A stretch of DNA of 62,097 bases, counting the filler, from Choristocarpus tenellus KU-1152 (taxonomy: Eukaryota > Protista > Phaeophyceae): assembly GCA_964200185.2 (NCBI GenBank). It is 14 parts of 14 records of this genome, joined end to end, with 100 filler letters (N's around TTAATTAATTAA, not from the genome) between each part and the next. Parts side by side here need not be neighbours in the genome. Positions count along the whole stretch, not along the records: positions 1 to 6,902 come from CAXNAD020007102.1; positions 7,003 to 12,593 come from CAXNAD020010318.1; 12 more parts are not named here. The stretch is one strand, 5' to 3'. Shown piece after piece: positions 1 through 12,693 of the stretch (within the stretch, counting starts at the first letter, position 1; every line of letters starts with the position of its first letter). The notes below the pieces were generated by a model. The model was not told where the DNA came from. It searched no databases and saw only the letters and a program-made list of their open reading frames with translations. The translations under genes and the position numbers were made by a program.

Positions 1-382
1 CAAAGAGAGAACAACTAAACCAGTGCAAGCCCTACCAATGAACGAGGAAAACCCCCACCCCACCCCCACCCTCCCCCCCACCCTACCCCCCACCCCCACA
101 CACCTTAACACTTTCTTATAAAAAAAACTACTCGGGGCGAAAAAATTAGGCCCGTTCCTAACAAACAAACAAACAAAAACAAAAAAATCGTAACCACAGC
201 AACAAAATACGAAATTTCTGACCCCTTTCAAAAATTTTACATAATTTTTACACAAGTGCAGGGACTGGAATGGACCGACCTTCCGTTCAAACACCGGACA
301 AAAGGCTCAGAAACGTTTTGGGGAACAGCTGCACGTCGCTAGGAACAGCCCCTTGACGTATTCCGAAAACCACCGCACTCAC

Positions 383-3300
383 CAATCATGGAGGAGAGGA
401 TGCTCTGCGCCCCTGACTTTGCAGTGACGTCTGCAATGTTCCCCTTGAGGGACAGAACGCTGTGGATGGCCGCTCGTGATGCAGACGCTGCTAGGAACGA
501 CACATTCTTACCTGAAAAATGCACACGCGCGTGCACAAACGCACGTATGTGAGTGCAAACGCACGTGTGCGCGCACAGCACAATGCACGTATATGTGGGC
601 ACGAATGCATTTGTGTGCGCGCACAAACGCACGTATGTGAGTGCGAACGCACGTTTGTGTGTGCGCGTTAACAATAGTAGCGTGCGGCAATCTGTTCTTA
701 TCTTACATGTACTCACTGACAGGCACATGTGTGTGTGCACAAGCGCACGTATGTGTCTGTACGAACGCACGTATGTGCGTGTGTGCACAGACGCATGCTT
801 GTCAAACTGTTGTGTGCCGCAATCTATATTATTGTCATTGTAACCTTTTATTGTCACACCTACGTTAGCAATAGACGCCAGTGGAAGAAAATACCCTGGA
901 GCGATGGGAGCAAGGAGTTCAATGGCCACAGAAACGTCCAGAGATATTGCAGCAACCATCCTCCTAAGTTTGTGCATGTGTGCATGGGGTGTGTGTGTGG
1001 GTGGGTGTGTGTGGGTGTGAGAGAGAGAGAGAGAGAGAGTATAGGATACAAAAAACAAACAGGTTGTATCCATATATTTTTTTACGATATAAAAAAAACA
1101 AAATAGAAGATAGAGCTCTCAAATACCAAAAAGAGGATGAATTCATGGATTTTGAACCACAGGATAAACATAGATTGTGTATTATGTGCCTGGAAGGAAG
1201 ATGGGATGGGTTGGGGAAGGGGGCCTGTACACTACACACTATCAAGTATGCACTATACTCTATACTACTTGCTACATAAACCATACTACTATACTTTGCA
1301 CCACTACACTACATACTATGAAGTATGCACTATACTCTATGCACCATACACTATTCTCTATACACTGTACCACTCTGAGTCGAAGTATCTTGTTACCCAC
1401 TCCTAAACATTTCAGAGTAGGAAAAAGAAATTAAAAAATCCGTGGGAAGCCAAGCCCCAAACGGACAAACAGGGCAAACATCGTACCCTCTACGATACTT
1501 TCACTCACTACTATATATCACTAAATTACATACTATGGAGTATACTCCACACCCTATACCCTATACTCTGTACCAATACACCATTCTCCACACAAGCCTG
1601 TTCGTTCATCTGGGGCTTGGCCTTCCCACAGGTTTTTAATATTTTAAGCTCTATACATTATACTCTGTGCACTATGCACTATACTCTATACCACTATACC
1701 AACTTATACTATACTCTTGTTGCGTGTTGAAACTGCTATTTGCCTTCCACTAGAGGGGTAGCGAGCAACAAGACACATACATCTCAGATTTGCCCATACA
1801 GGGAGAGGACATGTGCCATTACTAAACCCACAAGGGACGACCCCAAAGATTAAAGGAACTCAGGTTAACTGCACAAAAGCAAAAAACCTCTACTAAAACA
1901 TCATTTTCGAGCAAGGTCTGGAGTAAGGCACAGGCAAACAATTCCCACCATTGTACTGGGATGGGCTGGTTTAAACACACACACACAGACACAGGACCAC
2001 ACCACAACTTGGGGTTGGCATCAAAGCGGGTGTTGACAAGGCTCGAGAAGATCACGCCCCCCAGTTGTCCCAAGCCATCCTTGATCACCCAGTTGAGAGT
2101 GGCTGCAAGAGGTAGTGCACCAGCTCCAACACCCATGGCATAGAGCTGCACATTCAACATTCATATCATTAGTGGAGTAAAGGTTAGGAGGTCAACTTTG
2201 TCGAGTGCATTTAAGCAGGTTCAGGGAGAGGGTTATTGTTTGGGAGTTGGGGTGTGCAAACAAATATTGCAGGAGATGTACCTATGTAAAATGATAAGTT
2301 ATGTCATGTAATACAGGAGTGGGGACAAGGGATGGATGCATGGATGGATGCATGGACATATTGAGCTTTGAAAGTGAATATATATACTCAAGACATGAGC
2401 ACAGAACTTGGTCTCTGCGCACCTAGGGGGGTTATTCTGCTGTGGTCTATGAGCACACTGGAGGAGGAGAGAAACCGTTCTGCTCTGCAGTATAGTGGCC
2501 CTCTCTGTTGTGCAAATTTTTTCAGATCCTTGATATATAGAATACTCTCATCACCATTGCAAATACCGTTTCATCTGCACAATTCCAGTCTTATTCCCTA
2601 CCCGTCTGCCACTCTTACACACGCACTAGGGCCTGAGTGGAAAGGACACCACCAGCTGCGGAAGCTGTCATGGCTATGAACTGGTACTGGGAGTAAGTAC
2701 GATATTGGTGGTGGACAGACTCTGGGAAGCCCCTGGGCAGAACATGCGCCAGCAGAGATTCCACACCGCTCATGAAGAAGCTGAACTGATTGCATCCAAA
2801 TTCGAGGGGTAGATGGGGAGGTTGGAGGATAGCGTCTGGTGAGTTTGGAAACACCGAAGCAAGGAATAGACAAGGTCGATTACCAGACCAGTTATGGGCT
2901 GTTGGTCGTTTGAATGGGATGCGATGAAGGGAATCACGGAGCTTACAGTGAGATGTACAAAAGTCAAGTCGCACTGCACAATGCCACAGCTTACCTGATG
3001 ATTATGGCCCTGGTCCTTGTCATCATCAACAATTATGTTTTGAGTCAGGAACTCGCCTCTGCCGTCTATGTTGAAGTGGCGATGTCGCCTGCACTTCCGA
3101 GCGAATAAATTGGAGGATTAACAGCAAGTTTAGATATGATTGAAGCTTATGGGCGGGATATTACTAAATATCCGACAACATGAAGTGCAAAATATGAACT
3201 TTTCTTGATGGGTGTGTAAGCAGGCAAAGGTGCATCCCAAAGCGCAAGGGTTCAGCATGTAAGACAATTATACAATCCAATCGCGAGAGTTAAGCGACTA

Positions 3301-3913
3301 TGATCCACATAGCTCACTATGGAGAGCTGTATCGTGTGCTTGTGGAGTAATGTGATTGGAAGTAAAAATCTTAGCGTCTAGCCTCGACAAGGAACCACAT
3401 TGGTAGGGGCTTTCTGATTTAGTGAGTCCAAGATACGAGATCAGGCGCCTTCCCATGTAAACTGACTGAAAGCATATCACATGCCTGAGGGAGTTGCTGT
3501 CCCCCACAGCCTCAGATATTCCTTTCAGCCTTGCATCCTGAACTACTGTGGAGGCCTTATCCCCATTCTTCACCGACGTCAAAGTTGGTACAGGACATGG
3601 CACAGAAGGACGGGGAGGCTGAAGCCGCAGAATGCATTGAGTTGCAGCAAGTTGGGAAATTTCACCCGCGAAATATTTGCCAGGAATTCCCATTGATAAA
3701 CATCCTAACATACGACACAAAAATGTAACACATAGACCTAGAACTCACTTGTCTGTAACAGGAACAAGTTTGTAAAGGTTCCGCCCGACTCTTGTCTTGC
3801 GATGTCAGACACATCCGGTAGACTGGGCAACGAACGACACTTTCCCGTAGATGAGCAAGGGTTTTGGCTTGGCATGTCAATCCAGCTCCCACAGGTCTAC
3901 ATCGTAACATCAT
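383..3913 (-). CDS. RUS1 / DUF647 (root-UVB-sensitive, C16orf58-like) family protein, multi-exon, 3' end runs off the window
   Basis: Phase-consistent GT-AG exons: ~2785-2627 (HVLPRGFPESVHHQYRTYSQYQF...GGVLSTQAL), 2145-2003 (LYAMGVG...LNWVIKDGLGQLGGVIF...FDANPKLW), 963-860 (RMVAAISLD...YFLPLASIANVG), 511-383 (KNVSFLAASASRAAIHSVLSLKGNIADVTAKSGAQ). These are typical DUF647 motifs. The 5' exons (3913-3749, transit-peptide-like, ending in GTGAGT; one starting ~3618) are less certain. Confidence 0.9.
520..800. repeat. Degenerate purine-pyrimidine-alternating minisatellite in RUS intron
   Basis: Repeated GCACAAACGCACGTATGTG(A/T)GT-like units inside the 512-859 intron. Confidence 0.75.
1228..1716. 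repeat. Degenerate TATACTCTATGCACCATACAC-like low-complexity repeat interrupted by MITE pieces
   Basis: Recurring tatactcta/ccatac/cactat words. MITE-A fragments lie at 1377-1506 and ~1598-1645. Confidence 0.6.
1377..1506. mobile_element. MITE family A, internally deleted copy
   Basis: Starts GAGTCGAAGTATCTT, ends TACCCTCTACGATACTTTCACTC, and contains the GGGAAGCCAAGCCCCAAA core shared with full copies. Confidence 0.8.
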
Positions 3914-4052
3914 GTTGAGTGAGGAGAATACTCGAGATAGACACAAGGAGATGGATCCTAAACAAACAACAATTTTGTAAGTACCACACGCCTCCCAATT
4001 CTCCTTAACTCCTGGAGCTGCTTGTGTTGACTGGACCACTGGCAACAACAAA

Positions 4053-6015
4053 ATGGTGTTGCAAGTGGCCGTTCGCCTCACAAGGCCCACTTCCGCATCC
4101 TTGCGGGAACATCTCTGTGGGTTGCCGCGTCAGAAGGATTCATGGCGCCACCAGGTGTTGCAATTGAGGTCGATAACAAGCACTCTCAGGAGGTGCAACG
4201 AGGAGGGTGAGGCAATAGGACATCCAAAAGTACTAGCGTCAGATACAAAGGAAGACAAAGATCTGCCTGTCAAGCGATTTTATGGATTCAAAAGCCCGAG
4301 GAACAATCCCGCCATATCTGAGGTATCATCCAAGGTTAAGGCACCTTCGAAACAGGTGTGCCATAGTATCCATCAGTCACTGCGTTATCGTCTTTTTCGT
4401 TCGACGTTCTTCTTTCTTGGCGTCATTTCTGCTCTGAAAAGGGGTATGTTAAGGCATTTTCAGGCAAAGCACCACCCCAACTGTGGTGTTACCGCAGGGA
4501 ATGCTCTAGGTGCATCATCAGCCCTCACAATCGCCCTTGTTTTTCCCTACTCTCATCTCCTCAACTCCCTTAACCCGACTTTCCTTTGCATCATAGACAA
4601 CCTTGATGGCCTCCAATGCCCTCACTCCGTTGCCTGCTCTTGTGCCATGTGTACAGTATATTGATCTGCGACTGGAAGAGAAAAGATTCCCTGAGGGCCT
4701 AGCTGGTGGCGTTGGGGGTCAATTGAAAGAATTTCAAGAGGAGCGAAAGGGGAGGATCATGCGCAGGGAACCAGCAACAACCATAATCGAGGCCATGACG
4801 GCCCTTGAGGAAGGAAATAAGGAAGTTCAGGTTCGTGCAGAGGACCTTTTTCTCTCTACCACTTCCTGAGGCACTGCAGTTCTTGCACCTGTTGAGTAGG
4901 GAAGGCCACGTTATAGTCTGGTTCGTCTTTGAAGCATGTATTTTGTACATGGTATTTGACAACTAGGGTTGAGAGCTGAGGTGCATAATGTCCATGTCAC
5001 ATTGGGACTCAAAGGGTGTGTTGTCCTCTTTGCATAGCAGTTGTTAAGTGTATCACTGGTAAAAGTGCAGTTTCGGGTCCTTGATAGAGTGAATGCACCC
5101 TTAAGAGTAGGTGTTCTTCTTGTGCAATGACTTTCTCAATTATAGAACCCCTTCAATATAAATACTTTTATTGATAGAGAGTTCAGGTGGAGATGTAGTG
5201 GTGTAGCTGACATACGCAGGTTTGCCATTCTTCATAGATGGTCATTGACATCCTTCAACCAGGTGGGAGGCTAGAGAGATTGTTTGCAATTGTGACAGAA
5301 CCCCTCCACTCCAACGCTTCTCATTCTCAACCAAACAGCGATCGTTCCTCATCACTGGGATTAGAGGTGCTGGAAAGAGCTGCACCTTGAATGATGTGGT
5401 TCTCCATGCAAGGTGATCATCCTCCATGTCTTTGCCCACTTCCAAATGTACTATCTCGTGTTAGCTGGTCATTTCTTGTTCTTACAGGGTAAATCATGTG
5501 GTTGGTAGGCCCCACCCTACCCTACTCCGCTCCTGGGTCTCCTCCGGCCACCCACCTGCCCCAACACCTGTACATGGCCAAGTAGTAGCACCACATGTGT
5601 ATTGACATTCACTCTATACAACGTACACAGGAATTTTTCTATCCCCCCCCCCCCCACCCAACACACCCTGAATCCTGAGTATTGTGTTTCCTTAACATGA
5701 GAACTTATTTTCCTAAGGGCATCATTTGAGGAGACCACGCTTAGCTGTACGAACATGGACACTATCAAACCACAGAATGTCCGTAAATGTTGCCATCCAA
5801 CCTTGACACAGTACATGGTTCTTCCTGTGACCTTGTGTGCCTGTCTGCCCTGTATGTTTATAATGCACCCGTTTGTTTGATGTTGTCTGATTCACTAGGA
5901 TGAGTGGATGGGTTGTAGTCTTTGTGGTGGAGACGAGGAACCTCCTGCATAAGGGAACTTACTGCATGCCGTCTTCTACGTTCAAGGGAATGTACGACAT
6001 ACCCAAGCAGGCAAG
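4053..6015 (+). CDS. MRPS29: Mitochondrial small-subunit ribosomal protein S29 / DAP3, first four exons, 3' incomplete
   Basis: Phase-consistent exons 4053-4355 (Arg/Ser-rich presequence), 4657-4830 (RFPEGLAG...EF...IMRRE), 5339-5412 (FLITGIRGAGKSCTLNDVVLHAR, Walker A) and 5899-6015 (SGWVVVFV...YCMPSSTFKGMYDIP). The motif order GxRGxGKS..HAR.xGW+V+...D.P matches DAP3. Confidence 0.85.
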
Positions 6016-6822
6016 GTGCACCCCTCACAACCCCACAGCACAACCCTGAAACCCTAGAAGTGTCTTCCCATTCATTCCCCCCCGTCCCAGCCGTGGCTCC
6101 TCACCACCAACTGAAACCCCCCATCCGGTCCTGTTTTGAACTTACAACGATGCAGATGTGTCAAGTGGTTACATGGTTCTCTCTCACTTTGATCTGGTTG
6201 GAAGTCCTATTAGGTGAAGCATTAAAGTATGTACGAAAGTGCAGTTCAAGGTTAGTGCTATCCTAGGGTACATACAATCTGTACCATTTTGGGGTCTTGA
6301 TATTTCCAATGAGGCGGGTACTGTCTGTACTTTCCAGCTGTGAAGTGGATACAGTTTCTCGACAATATGAAACCATGTACTTGGAAGTGTATCAAGAGGT
6401 AGCACTTGAGCAATCAGGATTTCACTAGCGCACCTCGTTCATCAAAACTCTTGTTATTGTGACCATTGGTGAACAGGACTTACTAACAGTTGATTGAGCT
6501 TCGACCGCCCTCAAGGGTTGTACGGTGTAGAGATCATGCATGCGGAGGCAGAGTGGCGGCGGTCTCAGGATTTTTGTAATTGATGTGGTCGGTTTAAGGA
6601 TGATACGTGTTCCTTTTCAGAGTGCAGCAATGGTGAAGTATGATCAGAGACCAAAGGGATGGTGTTTCCTCATCAATGTACCTACGTTTTTTTCAAGCAG
6701 GAGATCCGAGCTTCATTGGCTCAGACAGGCATGGTGTCTGAATTCTCGAGCACCTATTGCCTCTTGGCGGTGGCCACTTCCTCCCTAACCCTATTTCCAC
6801 CTCATCTCCTGTCTGTGGCAAA

Positions 6823-6878
<56 letters not shown>

Positions 6879-6902
6879 ACCCACCCCCCCTCCATCTTTC
6901 CC

Positions 6903-7002
6903 NNNNNNNNNNNNNNNNNNNNNNNNNNNNNNNNNNNNNNNNNNNNTTAATTAATTAANNNNNNNNNNNNNNNNNNNNNNNNNNNNNNNNNNNNNNNNNN
7001 NN
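6903..7002. other. Artificial contig-joining spacer N44-TTAATTAATTAA-N44 (first of 13)
   Basis: Identical 100-bp spacers at 6903-7002, 12594-12693, 16163-16262, 21546-21645, 24561-24660, 27179-27278, 31077-31176, 39260-39359, 42380-42479, 45235-45334, 48929-49028, 54427-54526, 57466-57565. TTAATTAATTAA gives stops in all six frames. Confidence 0.98.
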
Positions 7003-7067
7003 TCCTCCTCTTCTCGTATCTGCTCGTTAGTTGGCGTTGGTTGGTTGGTTTTTGGGGGGGGGGGGGT

Positions 7068-7110
<43 letters not shown>

Positions 7111-7635
7111 CGAGAATGTATTGTACATCCTTTCACAGTTGTTCCACCATTGTGAGGAATGTTTTTTTTCAAAGAAAGCACTCACAGGGTCTGAGACGAA
7201 CAGTTGTAAGTACTGCCTTCAAGTTCAACATTCATTGTAACCATTCCAACAATCCAATTTTGTCCTTTCAACTTCTAGCTTAGCTCAGACAGGCTGTATC
7301 CAACAAAAAACCAAGCAACTCTCTCTTTACCAAATCCTCAACAAATAAAACTCAATGTACCCCCTCTTCCCCCTCCCAACCCCAAAAAATTGAAAGTAAG
7401 CAAACATGCCCTTGGTATGACCGAAGGGGCCTTGCTCGCTAGTAACGCCATGATACACATATAGAAACCCACAAATGTTTCAATATGCGTATACAAGAAA
7501 CCAGTCATTTTTTAGCATTACCTATTCAATATCCATGTCTCAATATCCCGACACATGCAACCCACTAAATATGGTAGAGGGAAGAGAGTTACAGCCTCAC
7601 AGATGGGACTTCAACAACTTTGATGAGACTCTCAC

Positions 7636-10292
7636 CAGGGGAGGGTGAACCAAGATGAGCTTCGTAGTCTCTTCTTCACTTAAGGAAAGCTCTCGCTGCA
7701 GCCATGTTGCCCCCGAACCAACATTATCCCCAGGAACCTGTTAAACACAACATACACACACACACACACAAAATCAAACATAATACAATCACATGCATCA
7801 CCCCCAACAAAAAATACGTTTGTCAGAAGCAGGATGTCCAAGATGAATATCAAATCATAAAGGGGAAGAGGTGGATTGTAGAGTCAAGACAACCCAAAGG
7901 AAATTACGACCTATCACCATGCCGTATCTCCTTTTCAAGTTCGTGTCTTGAATTAAAAATCGAGGTTGACAGAGGACAGGGGCTCTTTATGGGAGGGGTC
8001 AGTTGTTGAGTTTTCCAGGAAATTGCTGGGTTTTGCCTGGAAAAATCTCGACTTATTTAAGTCATATTACGGTAGTAGCTTTTTACCAGCTTTTGCTGCA
8101 CTGAGGAAAATATGGAGGGATTTAAACACAACTGTCCTGAAATGCCATTTAAAAAAAAAAATCAAGATCCATCAAGATTGCCATGTTCATAAAAAAAAAT
8201 TAAGTAGTTATGGTATGTTAATGAAAAAATCCATCAAGATTTCTAGGTTCATGCATTTCAAAATGCTGGTCGGTCTAGGGCAGTACAGCCACTGTAGAAT
8301 TGAAGTACAGAGTTGTGCATACACTACAACATACCATACAAATAGCACCACAACAAAAAATTATTCTCAACAAGGAACAAACACCTCCTAACATTCCACG
8401 TTGCAATTGTTCAAATAATACAATAGAAATTTTTTTTAAAGTTCAAAAGTTGGGAAGGGAGAAGAAGGGAGAAAAGAGATACAGCGTTGTGTGCTGAAAA
8501 AAAATATAAAGGGGGAAGAAAAAAAAACTATCAAGTTTTTTAAAAACATCGAATACAATATCCCTTTTCTCCTGGGTCCATTTCGGCCACTATTGTGATA
8601 AATGCTTGTCCTGTATTATCGTGATTTGTCTGTCTCTGAGTTATGAGAGGTAGAGCACACAAGAAAATAAAACAAAGTAGGTGACCATTTTCAATCCAAC
8701 ATGATGGAAAGAAAAAGGTAAAAAGGGGTTGCATACTATTTCACTCTTATCTGTAGAAGAAAAAAAAAAAGACGCACCGGGTCCTAACAAACTGTATACA
8801 CATATTCTTAACACTACAACAAAGTCGCACTTTGCAATCATGGAGTTCTCGCACACCAATTCAGCATCCTGAGAGGTCCATTGCCTACCTTTCACCAAAC
8901 TGACTTATTCCATCTACCATATTTGCGACTGTGCCCTGGATAGTGCACATTGCTATCAAGCAAGCTCTTTCGCCCACAGAGACAGGAAAAAGGTTTTTCA
9001 TACACTATCAAGACCAGCCTAAAAGTGATTCCTGACCCTTTGAAAACCATAGCCTCATACAAATCTATGAGAATGATATCTACATTTCCTCCTCTCAACC
9101 CCTTGAACGCACTTGCAAGTTTGGAAGTGGTCCTGCTCACCTCAAGCAGTTTCGGCCATCGAATTAGCAGTTTTCCAGCTGCTTTCTTATCCAATTTCAG
9201 CTCTTGCAGGAGGGCTTGGGCTATTGTAGGGGCTTCTTCTATTGGACAATGGTCTTCTTTATCTGCTCCGATGACGACACTGTCGTTCACTTTTTGCTTT
9301 TCCCAGATTTTGGATGGGGCAGTTACCTCCCCGGGTATCCTACTTCCAGGGGGCAAGTCACCGTACCTTTTTGCTAGTACCGTTAACTCCTTGTAGTCAT
9401 TGAAGCGCGACAGGCGGGGGTTGGCAAACTGTTTAGGCGAACCCTCGTTGGGTCCATGGCAAGTAAGTTGAGTCTATATTGGGGGGCTTGGTGCTAGTAA
9501 ATATTGTTGACCAGCCCCACTGGCGACATGGTAGAGGAGAGGGATTGGCCGAAAATAACACCGTAATCCCTGTAGCTTGTAACACCAACCGATCGGCAAT
9601 ACAAATGAAGCGATGGCAACCATGCAGGTAATTTTTTGCGTTGATTGGAAAACTCAAAGGTCAATTCCCCAAAAGACTGACTGCGGCCTACCTCAGACTC
9701 CCACACACCCACACAGTTACAAAACGTAAGGCACTGCCGTGAAGTAGGTCAAACATTAGCTCTTGTCTGTTTCTCTCCTGGAAGAGAGCGATATATTGCT
9801 GACTAAATGCATTCCTACCCCAAGAATGTAGAGGACCATATGGCCTCCACGGGAATGATCCCACTCATCGTCAAATGGCAAAGGTCAACCTCTCAACCCC
9901 CAAAGAAATGAACTGTTGCCTACCTCTGACGTCATGCCTAGATAGGCATGCAGATAAGCGTGAGCCACCGCGGTGGGGTCTGTCGCAGCATTGCCCTCCA
10001 TCGTGTCCTTCGTCATGACCTCGATCTGACTAAGGTCTTCCCCTCCAGCATACTGGGCGATAGTCCAGCGATGACGCCGCAGGTCACGGTCAAATGGATT
10101 CCTTAAATCAGAAGACACGTGCTTGAAATATACACGATATCCCACGGCGGCCAATGTCCGTCCAATTGGAACTCGTGTCTGGTCAACACCATAGGACAAC
10201 CCGAAGGCGGCAGGTGAATGGCGTCTACCTCCGAGCCCAATCCCATCGCATGGTCGTGATGCTGTTAGTACAAATATAGTAGCCTTCTTCAT
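7636..10292 (-). CDS. mTERF-repeat protein, probably organelle-targeted, 3' incomplete
   Basis: Phase-0 exons 10292-9924 (signal-like N-terminus with SPAAF; ends HAYLHAYLGMTSE), ~9473-9141 (LLQELKLDKKAAGKLLIRWPKLLE) and 7737-7636 (VPGDNVGSGATWLQRELSLSEEETTKLILVHPPL). The WL..EL.L...E..KL....P.L pattern resembles the mTERF repeat. Confidence 0.65.
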
Positions 10293-10789
10293 CAATGCTG
10301 CACAATGTGAATCACTATGATTCACAAGAAGCGGTGAAAGGACAAGAGGTCTCTCCTTCAAGTTTGGGCAGTAACTGTTGTGAGACAGATACACACCTTA
10401 CGGCAATGACTCCGTCAACAAACAGAAAAACATAAATGTATCGTAACTATCACGAATGTATCACAACTATCGTAGAAGTATACGCCGCGTGCTGTATCGC
10501 ACGCCATTCATGAACTTCTCTTATCTCTCTACCACTATTACGCGAGTTTGCGTGTTGTCTTCCCACCAAAGAACCTAAAGAGAGAACCTAAAAAAGAAAT
10601 CTAAAAAGTAGGTTCCATGATAACCAAACCTATTTGTCATGTTCGTTCTTGTTTTACCCTGACAATTATTAACATTTGTCACTTGTCTAGTTTGTCTTGA
10701 ACTCCAAAAACCGCAAACAAACGGACAACAGATGATACATTCTACAAACTGTGAAGATGTAAGCACTTATATGAGGCATGAAAGACAGT

Positions 10790-12485
10790 CAAACAATGGT
10801 TTTGGATCCATCCAAGTAATGTGTAACTGACTGCACTGTGACAACCTGTAAAATGTTGTCGCTCAAGTCACCATCAGCATCTTAGACATTGAGAAAAAGT
10901 CCAAAAAACGGTGTGGGATCCATCCAAGCAATGTGTATATAACCCTTTGTAAAATGCTGCAAACTCTTGATGTTCAAATCACCATTGATATCTTCTGGGT
11001 ATGGGGCATGAACAACAGTCAAACGACGATTTTGGATCCTTCCCAGCAATCTGTAACTGACACTTCTACAAAATGCTGCAAAATGTTTCCACTGAAGTCC
11101 CCATTGGCATGATGTATATGAGGCATGAAATTCGGTAAAACAGTGGTTTTGGGTCCATATAGGTAATGTGTAAAAGACATTCCGTGATAAATAAAAATAT
11201 ATTGTCGCACAAGTCACCGTTGGTATCTTGTATGGGTATGGCGCATCATAAAAATAGTTTGACAACGGTTTTGGATCAATCAATGCAATGTGTAACTGAA
11301 ACTTGCAAAATGTTGTCACTGCATCTTCAGGATATGCATGAAATTTCGTCAGAAACCGGTTTTGGATCCCCATACCAGGAATGTGTAACCGATACTTCTG
11401 AAAAATACCGCAAAATGTTGCCCCTCAAGTCATTATTAGTATTTTTTTATTATGCCCATCATTAGTATCGTGTGGGTATGGGGAATGCAAAACGGTCAAA
11501 GAGTGGTTTTGGGTCTATCCCAGCAATGTGTACAGTGATAGAAAATACTATAAATTTTTGTCACCCAAGTCGTCGTTGATACCGTATGGATACGGGGCAT
11601 GTGAAATGGTCGAAGGACGGTTTTGAGCCAAACCAAACGAGAGGTCCCCAGGTTTTGACCATTTTGCATCTTAAGCATTACTTCATCTCTACAATTCACC
11701 CTTTCTTTGTCTGGATGAAGTACTAAGATTTGACTTGATGGTGTCGATTTCTCTTTTGTTTGAAAATTTTGAATAGAATTCAGAAGAATATTTGTACGAC
11801 AAGTCAATTTTGGGCATTTGTCATTGTCCATAAAATACAACCCTGGATACCTCTGATTTACATGTGGCTCTTTGGTTCCGATCAAGCATTGTACAGCTGA
11901 CATTATTTAAAAATGATGCACATGTAGCATGCAAAATGTGTAGCCGCTTGAGTGACCATTGGTATCTCATGGGTAGGGGGCATCTGAAACGGCCAAACAA
12001 CAGTTTTTGGTCCATACAAGAAAAGTGTAACTATTTTGTGTTGAACAGGAAGGTATTGCTGCTCAAGTCACCGTTGACATCTGATAGATAAGGTTCAAGC
12101 AAAACAGCCAAACAGCAATTTTGGGTCCATCCAAGCAATGTGCAACTGACACGTTTCATTGAAATGCTGCAAGAAGTTGCTGTTCAAGTCAACATTGGTG
12201 TCTGGTATCTGATATGGATCCATCAATACAACACATGAGGGACACACTGTTAAATGCTGCAAAATGTTGTTACTAAGTCACCATTGTATCTTACGGACAT
12301 GATGCATGAAAAACGGTTAATCAGTGGATTTGGATCCGTCCAAGGAATGTGTATCTAGTACATTGCAAAAGGTTGCAAAATGTTGCTGCCCAAGTCACCA
12401 GTGGCATCTTATGAATATGGTACATGAATATCTGTAAAGTAGTGGTTTCAGATTCGTACATGCAATGTGTAACTGACAGTTTGGT
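10790..12485. repeat. Old degenerate tandem array, ~115-120 bp unit, ~14 copies
   Basis: Anchor GGTTTTGGATCCATCCAAGCAATGTGTAACTGA...AAAATGCTGCAAAATGTT...CAAGTCACCATTGG recurs near 10803, 10915, 11033, 11150, 11271, 11362, 11510, 11622, 11872, 12007, 12121, 12215, 12330 and 12449. Confidence 0.85.
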
Positions 12486-12693
12486 GACAAATTAGACCCA
12501 AAGTATCTGGGGGGGGGGGGGGGGGGGGGGGAATACACAAAATGGACTTGTTGGAACAAACCAAGGAAACAGCACTTTTTTTCAACCACCTCANNNNNNN
12601 NNNNNNNNNNNNNNNNNNNNNNNNNNNNNNNNNNNNNTTAATTAATTAANNNNNNNNNNNNNNNNNNNNNNNNNNNNNNNNNNNNNNNNNNNN

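Noticed and set aside
339-1406. Cys/His/Val-rich ORFs in the ORF track
   Set aside because: They are translations of CA/GT-rich intronic repeats; only the embedded RUS exons are real.
6947-6958. Recurring TTAATTAATTAA palindrome between N-runs as a biological repeat or CRISPR-like array
   Set aside because: It is an artificial six-frame-stop linker between contigs.
6824-7110. Poly-Pro/poly-Gly ORFs
   Set aside because: Homopolymer C/G runs at contig ends, probably partly sequencing artefact.
10790-12485. Conserved-box plus variable-segment array as a CRISPR-like system
   Set aside because: The variable parts are homologous to each other, so this is a decayed satellite.
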